Origin: Thermodesulfobacteriota bacterium | Lineage (GTDB): Bacteria; Desulfobacterota; Desulfobulbia; Desulfobulbales; SURF-16 | DNA length: 15,209 nucleotides | Direction of reading: 5' to 3' | NCBI GenBank assembly: GCA_039715015.1 | Contig: JBDLIE010000061.1 | Location: forward strand, 1-15,209 | Shown here: positions 8,251 through 15,209 of the stretch, piece by piece | Position numbering within the stretch: position 1 is the stretch's first letter | How the letters are laid out: every line of letters begins with the position of its first letter | Translations under genes and position numbers: made by a program | Notes under the pieces: generated by a model | The model's database searches: none | What the model saw: the letters and a program-made list of their open reading frames with translations, nothing else | What the model was told of the DNA's origin: nothing

Positions 8251-8278
8251 TTGACCTTGATTGAGGGTGAATTATACT
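8251..8278 (+). promoter_or_regulatory. Candidate sigma70 promoter for the yqgE-like gene
   Basis: TTGACC (8251-8256), a 16-nt spacer, then TATACT (8273-8278). It lies about 50 nt upstream of the ATG, which has a GGGGGA RBS. Confidence 0.5.
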
Positions 8279-8326
8279 TTGAAATGAATTGAGCTTTATT
8301 ATCGACGAGGTACACTTGGGGGAATT

Positions 8327-8881
8327 ATGGAGAGTTTGCAGGGAAGTTTTTTGGTGGCAACGAACCAGATGTATGACCCGCGTTTTATGAAATGTGTGAT
8401 TTTGATCTGTGTCCACAATGATGATGACGGTGCCATGGGGCTGGTTGTCAACCAGCCGTTAACTGATTTATCCATGGCTGATGTTTTCAGAAATTGCAAC
8501 ATAAAACCACCCGCCATGCCTGCTCCTCCGGTGCTTTTCGGAGGTCCTGTGGATGTTGAATCTGCTTTTATTCTTCATAGCGCAGATTACAAAAAAGAGC
8601 AGAGCCAAAAGGTGGCGGATCAGATTTTCCTGAGCCGGGATCCCAACCTGCTTTTTGATCTGGTTGATGAAAAAGGGCCTGAACATTATCTCTTGACCCT
8701 TGGTTATGCAGGATGGGCCCCTGGCCAGCTAGAGCAGGAACTTTATGGTGAAGGCTGGCTGACATTGCCCGCAGAGGCAAATGATATCTTTCTTACCTCT
8801 GCAGAATCAATGTGGCACACCATCACATCTAAAAATGGCATCGATATTAATCTTTACTCTGATATTCCTGGAAATGCTTGA
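8327..8881 (+). CDS. YqgE/AlgH family protein (DUF179)
   Basis: FLVAT..MYDPRF, GAMGLVVNQP, FGGPV and GYAGWAPGQLEQE motifs; ends in PGNA. Confidence 0.93.
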   Translation: MESLQGSFLVATNQMYDPRFMKCVILICVHNDDDGAMGLVVNQPLTDLSMADVFRNCNIKPPAMPAPPVLFGGPVDVESAFILHSADYKKEQSQKVADQIFLSRDPNLLFDLVDEKGPEHYLLTLGYAGWAPGQLEQELYGEGWLTLPAEANDIFLTSAESMWHTITSKNGIDINLYSDIPGNA

Positions 8882-9025
8882 ACAGGCAAGGGCTCATATT
8901 TTCTTTGAGCTCATCATCTCTTTATGGTATCAGGGGACACTTTCTTCGGGCCTTTGATATGTATGTTGTTAGCTTAATTAATATCAGGGCCTGTTTGCTA
9001 TTATTTTTCCTGTGGTTGATACAAA

Positions 9026-9418
9026 ATGACAGATGAAACAGAAATTTTTGATTGCCAGCAATGTGGCTATTGCTGTCATGGTGAGACAACCGTTTCCCTA
9101 AATGAAGAGGATGTGCAGAGAATGTGCAATCACCTCGGAATGGATTTTGACGAGGTTAAGGCGAAATATCTCCGGGTTAACGGATCTGTTATCCAGATGA
9201 AAATTGTCGACGGTCACTGCATATTTTATGATAACGGCTGCACCATCCATACAGGTAAACCATGGCGCTGTAGCCAGTGGCCCATTCATCCGAGTATGCT
9301 TGCCGATGAGGCAAATTTTACGGCGATCAGCAGTTCCTGTCCTGGGATCAAAAAAGAAGTAGGCTATAAACGTTTCTGTAAAGTCTTACGCAATGTTTTG
9401 AAAAAACAGAAGTCCTAG
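9026..9418 (+). CDS. YkgJ-family CxxCxxCC cysteine-cluster (Zn/Fe-chelating) protein
   Basis: FDCQQCGYCC, CIFY..GCTIH..KP..CSQWP and CPG motifs. Confidence 0.9.
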   Translation: MTDETEIFDCQQCGYCCHGETTVSLNEEDVQRMCNHLGMDFDEVKAKYLRVNGSVIQMKIVDGHCIFYDNGCTIHTGKPWRCSQWPIHPSMLADEANFTAISSSCPGIKKEVGYKRFCKVLRNVLKKQKS

Positions 9419-9464
9419 CTCTCCTCCCCTCAACCTATACTTTTGCCGGGAAGGTTTTCTTACC

Positions 9465-9926
9465 ATGCATATTACTATTCTTGCTCCTGGCAAGACAAAG
9501 GAGATGTATATTCAGCAAGGTGTAGATGATTTCTTAACTCGATTAAATAGGTACACAAAGGCCACCTTGATAGAGGTTAAGGTAAAGGGAAGGGCTGCGA
9601 AGAGTGGCGACAAGGACCTGGAGGCTGATTCACTTTTAGGACGTGTTCCGGCCGGTAGTTATCTTGTTTCTTTGGACCCTCGAGGCAGTTCTCTTTCCTC
9701 TGAACAGCTTGCCAGCAATATTAGAAAGCTTGAGAACCAGGGGACTGGTGTCATGACTTTTGTAATAGGAGGGCCGCAGGGGATCAGCGAAAAGGTCCTT
9801 AACCAATCATCCTTGGTCTTGTCTCTGTCAAAGATGACCTTTACCCACGATATGGCCCGCCTTCTTCTTGTCGAGCAACTCTATCGGGCCTATTCCATCA
9901 ATGCCGGTTCCGGCTATCATAAATAG
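9465..9926 (+). CDS. rlmH: 23S rRNA (pseudouridine1915-N3)-methyltransferase
   Basis: SPOUT motifs FVIGGPQG, LSLSKMTFTHDMARLLLVEQLYRA and C-terminal YHK. Confidence 0.96.
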   Translation: MHITILAPGKTKEMYIQQGVDDFLTRLNRYTKATLIEVKVKGRAAKSGDKDLEADSLLGRVPAGSYLVSLDPRGSSLSSEQLASNIRKLENQGTGVMTFVIGGPQGISEKVLNQSSLVLSLSKMTFTHDMARLLLVEQLYRAYSINAGSGYHK

Positions 9927-9981
9927 TTTGTTGTCTCTTTAACGGAAAAATTATTTAAAAACCCCAATAATTGAAGCAGTT

Positions 9982-9990
9982 TGCTATACT
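9982..9990 (+). promoter_or_regulatory. Candidate extended -10 promoter for the dikinase-like/gdhA pair
   Basis: TGcTATACT about 40 nt upstream of the ATG at 10032; no good -35 box. Confidence 0.4.
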
Positions 9991-10031
9991 CTCTAAGGAG
10001 AAGCACCATTTAATAAATTTCTCCTTATGCC

Positions 10032-13007
10032 ATGGAAAATTATCTCGGGGTTGATCAACATTTCAATGTCTTTCATGAGCTTATGGCCAAGAAGGTGCGT
10101 GATATCCTCTTGGTTTCAAGCCCCTATGATGCCTTTATTATGGAGGAAGACGGTAGTGTTGCTTCGCGGATTATTAATGAATTCCATGGTCTAAATCTAA
10201 GTAACCCCCCTCGGTTAAAATGGGCTTCCTCCGCCAAAGAAGCCCTGGAATTTCTCTGCTATAAACGATTTGACCTGGTCATTACCATGCCCCAGGTTAA
10301 TGACATGGATGGCGCTCAACTTGCCATCGAAGTTAAGAGGATGTACCACGATGTGCCTGTGGTCCTCCTTGCCCATTCAATGGAATCAGCTAATTTGGGC
10401 CCGGAGCCTCTGGCATGCGGCAATGAGATCGACCATTTTTTTATCTGGTCCACCAATCCTGCTCTTTTCCTCGCCATTATCAAGAACGTTGAGGACCATC
10501 TCAATGTCATGGTTGATACCACTAGGGCCATGGTCAGGGTGCTTATTTTGGTCGAGGATTCGCCCCATTACGCCTCCTTTTTCCTGCCGCTTATCTATAA
10601 GGAAGTTGTCCAACAAACCCAAAATGTTCTCGACGAAAGCCTCAACCAGGAACATCGCCTCCTTAAGATGCGGGCCCGGCCAAAGATTTTATTGGCCACC
10701 AATTATGAAGAGGCCTTGGAGCTTTATGAGCGCTATAACGACTACGTTTTTGCGGTCATTTCCGATGTGCGGTTTCTGCGTAACTGCAAGATGGATCCCA
10801 TCGCCGGTATTCGGCTTCTTTCCAGGATTCGTGAACAGCAGCCTGATTTGCCTATGCTGCTTCTAAGCTCAGAACCGGCAAACAAGCAAAAGGCAGGTGA
10901 GGCTGGCGTCGGTTTTATTGATAAGAATTCCCCACGCCTCGAACAGGATGTCCATGATTTTTTCCTCAACCAGCTGGGTTTTGGCGATTTTGTTTTTCGC
11001 CACCCAGACGGCAAAATGGCTGCCTGGGCCACAAATTTCCGTTCTTTGGAGCAATGTTTGGCCACGGTTCCAGAAGAATCTCTTCTCTATCATGCCAGAA
11101 ATAATCATTTTTCCAACTGGATCATGGCCCGTTCCGAGGTTGATCTGGCCCTGAAAATTAAAAAAGCCCAGGTGGAAGATTTTGACTCAGTCGAGGCCAT
11201 CCGCACCTTTTTAATGCAATGTATTCATGATTTGCGGCGCCATCGTCAACAAGGGGTGGTGGTGCAGTTTTCCGGCGCTGAATTTGACCCGGAGGTTATG
11301 GATTTTGTTAAGATCGGTGGTGGTTCTTTGGGGGGCAAAGCCAGAGGGCTTGCATTTTTGGCCAATGTTCTGCCGCGATGTCAGGAGCTTAATGATATAA
11401 GTCTCAAGGTGGAGTTTCCCAAAACCACTGTTATTGGTTCTAGTGGCTTTGATGATTTTGTCAAAGAAAACAGCTTGGGTTCCCTGGGTAAAAAAAGCAG
11501 TGATGATGAGATAGCGTCGGCCTTTCTCGACTGCCCTTTGCCCGGCTGGCTGGCCCGGGATCTACGCGCTCTGCTGACCAAGGTGAAGGGCCCGCTTACT
11601 ATCCGTTCATCAAGTATTCTTGAAGATGGTCATGCCCGTCCCTATGCCGGACTGTATAAGACCTACATGCTTGCCAATAACCATCCAGATTTCAGAGTGC
11701 GTTTTAAGATGTTTCAGGATGCTGTGAAGCTGGTTTGGGCCTCCACTTGGTTTGCCGGGCCACAAGCGTTTTCGCGCTCCGTTCGCACCTCACACGAGGT
11801 GGATTCCATGGCTGTCATTGTCCAGGAACTGGTCGGGAGGCAGTACGGCCATTATTTTTATCCGGCCATCTCAGGGGTGGCACAATCCCACAATTATTAT
11901 CCTGTTTCCTATATGAAAGGGGATGAGGGGATTGTTCACCTTGCCCTGGGGCTGGGCAAGACAGTGGTTGAAGGTGAGAAATCATTACGTTTTTCACCGA
12001 AATATCCCAAGGTCATGCCGCAGTTTTCCTCTGTTGATGATATTTTGAAGAATTGTCAGCGTCATTTCTACAGCCTTGATCTCAACAACAATGACAGCAC
12101 CCTTTCTGCTAATGATGCCGATTGTCTGGCCAAGATGGAGGTGGATGAGGCCAGTGGTGACCATAGTGTGCAGATGCTTGCCTCTACATATATTGCTGAT
12201 GAAGATCGTATCCGTGACGGTAATCATCCTGGCATGAAGGTCCTGACTTTTGCCCAGATCCTTAAGCATAAATTGATTGCCTTGCCGGAAGCTCTGGCCA
12301 TTATTCTGCAGCTGAGCCGTGATGGTTTGGGGTGCCCCAGTGAGATTGAGTTTGCCGTTGATCTTGATCCTGATCCTTCGAAAAGCACCCTCTATGTTCT
12401 GCAAATGCGGCCCATGGTTAAGAGCGGCGATCTCCATAAGGTAGAGTTGACTGACGAGGAACGCGAAAAGTCTTTTTGCCATTCTCGCCAAAGTTTAGGG
12501 CACGGCATCATTAAAACGATTTCAGATATTGTTTTTGTTAAGCCTGACCATTTTGATCCGGCCAAGACCAAGGAAATGGCCCAGGAAATCCATGTTGTTA
12601 ATGGCACATTAGAGGATGAGCGTCGCCCCTATCTTTTGGCTGGGCCGGGTCGATGGGGCTCAGCTGATCCCTGGCTTGGCATTCCGGTGCAGTGGCAGAA
12701 TATATCAGGTGTGAGGGCAATAGTTGAGCTCCGCCCGCCAGAGTTTAAGGCCGACCCATCTCAGGGTTCCCATTTTTTCCAGAATATAACCTCTTTGGGT
12801 ATTCCTTATGTCACGGTTTCAAAAGGAGAGGGTTCTTTTGATTTTGATTGGCTGGCAACTCAGGAGGTCATCACCGAAACAACCTATTTGAAACACGTTC
12901 GTGTGGAACCTAATCTTGTCATCAAAATTGATAGCAGTCAGTCGGAATGTTTAATGCTGGTCGGCGCTCCAGAAAAAAAAGAACTGGAATTACCCATGCT
13001 AGAGTAA
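10032..13007 (+). CDS. Receiver-domain-containing PEP-synthase/PPDK-like (ATP-grasp, PPDK_N) protein
   Basis: Two REC-like units (DILLVSS..FDLVITM and VLILVEDS..AVISDVRF), then GGKARGL, IRSSSILED, YAGLY, MAVIVQE, GLGKTVV, EIEFA and LQMRP. There is no C-terminal PEP-binding barrel. Confidence 0.85.
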   Translation: MENYLGVDQHFNVFHELMAKKVRDILLVSSPYDAFIMEEDGSVASRIINEFHGLNLSNPPRLKWASSAKEALEFLCYKRFDLVITMPQVNDMDGAQLAIEVKRMYHDVPVVLLAHSMESANLGPEPLACGNEIDHFFIWSTNPALFLAIIKNVEDHLNVMVDTTRAMVRVLILVEDSPHYASFFLPLIYKEVVQQTQNVLDESLNQEHRLLKMRARPKILLATNYEEALELYERYNDYVFAVISDVRFLRNCKMDPIAGIRLLSRIREQQPDLPMLLLSSEPANKQKAGEAGVGFIDKNSPRLEQDVHDFFLNQLGFGDFVFRHPDGKMAAWATNFRSLEQCLATVPEESLLYHARNNHFSNWIMARSEVDLALKIKKAQVEDFDSVEAIRTFLMQCIHDLRRHRQQGVVVQFSGAEFDPEVMDFVKIGGGSLGGKARGLAFLANVLPRCQELNDISLKVEFPKTTVIGSSGFDDFVKENSLGSLGKKSSDDEIASAFLDCPLPGWLARDLRALLTKVKGPLTIRSSSILEDGHARPYAGLYKTYMLANNHPDFRVRFKMFQDAVKLVWASTWFAGPQAFSRSVRTSHEVDSMAVIVQELVGRQYGHYFYPAISGVAQSHNYYPVSYMKGDEGIVHLALGLGKTVVEGEKSLRFSPKYPKVMPQFSSVDDILKNCQRHFYSLDLNNNDSTLSANDADCLAKMEVDEASGDHSVQMLASTYIADEDRIRDGNHPGMKVLTFAQILKHKLIALPEALAIILQLSRDGLGCPSEIEFAVDLDPDPSKSTLYVLQMRPMVKSGDLHKVELTDEEREKSFCHSRQSLGHGIIKTISDIVFVKPDHFDPAKTKEMAQEIHVVNGTLEDERRPYLLAGPGRWGSADPWLGIPVQWQNISGVRAIVELRPPEFKADPSQGSHFFQNITSLGIPYVTVSKGEGSFDFDWLATQEVITETTYLKHVRVEPNLVIKIDSSQSECLMLVGAPEKKELELPMLE

Positions 13008-13046
13008 TAATTGTATGATTTTATTTAACATATTAAGGACGTAATA

Positions 13047-14393
13047 ATGGCAATAATGGAATTGATTAAGGACAGGGACCCTGGCCAGCGAGAGTTTCAT
13101 CAGGCAGTGTCAGAGGTTTTGGATACTGTGAAGCCGGTTTTAGACAGGAACCCTGAATATCGCCAAGCCGCCGTTTTGGAGCGTATCGTTGAACCGGAGC
13201 GAGTGATCATGTTCCGTGTTCCCTGGATGGACGATCAGGAGCAGGTTCAGGTCAATAGAGGCTTCCGGGTTGAGATGAATAGCGCCATTGGACCCTATAA
13301 AGGAGGACTGCGGTTCCATCCTTCCGTCAATCTGGGCATCATCAAGTTTTTGGCTTTCGAACAGGTTTTTAAAAATAGCCTCACTACCCTTGCCATGGGG
13401 GGAGGAAAGGGGGGCTCTGATTTTAATCTTAAAGGGAAATCAGATAATGAGGTCATGCGTTTTTGCCAAAGCTTTATGCTGGAACTCAGCCGTCATATTG
13501 GCCCCAATACCGACGTGCCGGCCGGTGATATCGGGGTGGGCGCCAGGGAAATCGGCTACCTCTTTGGCACCTATAAAAGGATACGCAACGAGTTTACCGG
13601 GGTGCTCACTGGCAAAAGCATGAACTGGGGTGGCAGTCTCATCCGCCCTGAGGCCACTGGTTACGGAGCTGTTTATTTTGCGGCCGAAATGCTGGCAACC
13701 CGTAGCGAAACGCTGGAAGGCAAGACCTGTCTCGTATCCGGCAGCGGTAACGTGGCCCAGTTCACCACGGAAAAGATACTTCATCTTGGTGGCACGGTGG
13801 TGACTCTCTCGGACTCCTCAGGCTATATCTATGACGAGTCAGGGGTTAGCATGGAGAAGTTGGAGTGGGTAAAAAAACTCAAAAATTATCGACGGGGCAG
13901 GATTAGCGAGTATGTCGAAAAATTTCCTGAAGCAGTTTACCAGGAGGTGGACAGCTCTCTTGACTCTAATCCCCTCTGGACCCACAAGGCGCACTGTGCC
14001 TTCCCCAGTGCCACTCAAAATGAGATTAATGATCAGGATGCCAACAATTTAATAACAAACGGCGTTTATGTCATATCCGAAGGTGCCAATATGCCTTCAA
14101 CACCGGAAGCAGTGAATATCTATCTTGAACACAAGATTCTCTATGGCCCAGGCAAAGCAGCAAATGCCGGCGGGGTGGCGGTTTCGGGCCTGGAAATGGC
14201 CCAGAACTCCATGCGCCTCAATTGGCCGGCAGAAGAGGTGGAAGAACGACTGCGTCAAATCATGAAATCCATCCACAAAACCTGCCTCGATGCTGCGGCC
14301 GACTATGGCATGGCTGGCAATTATGTGGCCGGTGCTAATATCGCCGGTTTTACCAAAGTGGTCAACGCCATGCTGGACCAAGGCCTTGTGTGA
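13047..14393 (+). CDS. gdhA: NADP-specific glutamate dehydrogenase
   Basis: GPYKGGLRFHPSV, GGGKGGSDF, DVPAGDIGVG, RPEATGYG, SGSGNVAQ and GKAANAGGVA motifs; AAGGA RBS. Confidence 0.97.
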   Translation: MAIMELIKDRDPGQREFHQAVSEVLDTVKPVLDRNPEYRQAAVLERIVEPERVIMFRVPWMDDQEQVQVNRGFRVEMNSAIGPYKGGLRFHPSVNLGIIKFLAFEQVFKNSLTTLAMGGGKGGSDFNLKGKSDNEVMRFCQSFMLELSRHIGPNTDVPAGDIGVGAREIGYLFGTYKRIRNEFTGVLTGKSMNWGGSLIRPEATGYGAVYFAAEMLATRSETLEGKTCLVSGSGNVAQFTTEKILHLGGTVVTLSDSSGYIYDESGVSMEKLEWVKKLKNYRRGRISEYVEKFPEAVYQEVDSSLDSNPLWTHKAHCAFPSATQNEINDQDANNLITNGVYVISEGANMPSTPEAVNIYLEHKILYGPGKAANAGGVAVSGLEMAQNSMRLNWPAEEVEERLRQIMKSIHKTCLDAAADYGMAGNYVAGANIAGFTKVVNAMLDQGLV

Positions 14394-14460
14394 TGAGGGA
14401 GTGACTCTCTGTTTGGCTAGCTTGAAATCCTCGGCAACGCCCAAGCTTATATGCCAACAT

Positions 14461-14500
14461 ACTCCCTCTCCCAAGGGGGGAGAGGGCCGGGGTGAGGGGA
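14461..14500. repeat. REP-like palindromic element (CCCTCACCCC-N-CCCTCTCCC-N-GGGAGAGGG type)
   Basis: ccctctccc (14464-14472), loop aaggg, gggagaggg (14478-14486), then the tail ccggggtgagggg. Confidence 0.75.
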
Positions 14501-14557
14501 AAAGCTGCAATTAAGACATTAAAAAGTAGACAAAAAACTAAACCTCAATAGCCATAA

Positions 14558-15181
14558 TTACAATATCCTCATTAAAATCCGCCTCCCGAGAAACAACATG
14601 ACTCCTTGGCTTACTGATACCTGCTGCATTTCAAAAAAGGCGTTTGGCAAAATCCCCATGGCATCACCCCGGCATTCGATGACGCGGGCGGCACCATTTT
14701 GAGGAATGTGGAAAAGGGGAGGGGGCAGCATGCACCACCTTAAGCTTGTTGGTAGCCCGGTTCAAGTTGGTGAGGCAGGCGGTAAGATATTTCTCCGGCG
14801 GCAAAATACCCTTTAAGGCATCATGTATCTCTTCATACTCTCGGCCCGTGAGTATATGAGTGAGACATTCTGGCTGAGAAGCGTCTTTAAGGTAAAGGTC
14901 AGAAAGCTGGTGCCGATATCATGTCCGGAGAAATCTGCCACAAGATAGCTATGGATATGCTCCGAGAGTTCAAGGACATCATAATATCAAGGAGGATCAG
15001 CTTGGGCTGCTTCTCTCTGGCCAGACGGCAGCCATCCCTGCCGTTATCAGCCCCCATGGCCACATAGCCGGTCGCAGCCCAGAACCTCTTGGAGGACGAG
15101 GAGGTTAGAGGGCTCATCATCAACAACGAGGATGGAGATTTTTTCAGTAGGATTTCTTTAGTCGTGATTTGGAGTGATCAT
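14558..15181 (-). pseudogene. Decayed response-regulator / PP2C phosphatase (RsbU/SpoIIE-type) gene
   Basis: Stitching frames gives EKISILVVDDEPSNLLVLQEVL/AATGYVAMGADNGRDGCRLAREKQPKLILLDIMM//YDVLELSEHIHSYLVADFSGHDIGTSFL...SMK/IHDALKGILPPEKYLTACLTNLNRATNKLKVVHAA/PPLFHIP...GDAMGILP...SQGVMLFL. There are frameshifts near 15078, 14830 and 14722, an internal deletion near 14980, and no final (Y)TDG motif. The start position is uncertain. Confidence 0.85.
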
Positions 15182-15209
15182 CAAGATAAGGGCTGAAGTC
15201 AGTGAAACG

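Noticed and set aside
9971..9985. Sigma54 promoter upstream of the dikinase-like/gdhA pair
   Set aside because: TTGC is present but the invariant -24 GG is missing.
99..13784. Numerous short antisense or off-frame ORFs (e.g. 2734..3255, 10270..10866, 11994..12491)
   Set aside because: They are shadows of well-supported genes and have no recognisable motifs.
14391..14396. UGA read-through at the ends of gdhA (also yqgE-like and glgB)
   Set aside because: These proteins are already complete at their family C-termini, and gdhA has tandem TGA TGA.
14097..14514. ORFs 14097..14510(-) and 14290..14514(+)
   Set aside because: They overlap gdhA, and their PSP/GEG peptides are just translations of the REP palindrome.
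14899..15126. 75-aa ORF as a functional response regulator
   Set aside because: It is one frame fragment of the pseudogene and lacks the DD strand and the C-terminal half of REC.
15144..15209. Possible 3' end of an upstream minus-strand gene (RFTDFSPYLDDHSKSRLKKSY*)
   Set aside because: Too short and cut by the window edge to support.
1..15209. CRISPR arrays, tRNA/rRNA genes, transposases, defence genes
   Set aside because: No periodic repeats or recognisable motifs were seen by eye.

Overview
Mostly core chromosome from an anaerobic bacterium; the gene content suggests Desulfobacterota, which is an inference. The left arm (minus strand) carries glgB, two hypothetical genes, a stand-alone Hpt gene and a tightly coupled 4-gene operon: DUF493/YbeD, Fe-S/DUF3786, rarA, and a gene the ORF track truncates. 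That last gene really starts at 1719 and reads through an in-frame UGA at 1573-1575 in a C-G-U motif, followed by an fdhF-like SECIS hairpin. It encodes a secreted 514-aa putative selenoprotein: a catalytically degenerate UshA/5'-nucleotidase-like domain fused to a tetraheme c-type cytochrome. This is the most interesting item in the window. The right arm (plus strand) carries yqgE/algH-like, YkgJ-like, rlmH, a receiver-domain/dikinase-like fusion and gdhA. These are followed by a REP-like palindrome and a heavily decayed receiver-PP2C (RsbU/SpoIIE-type) pseudogene with an apparent microhomology-mediated internal deletion.
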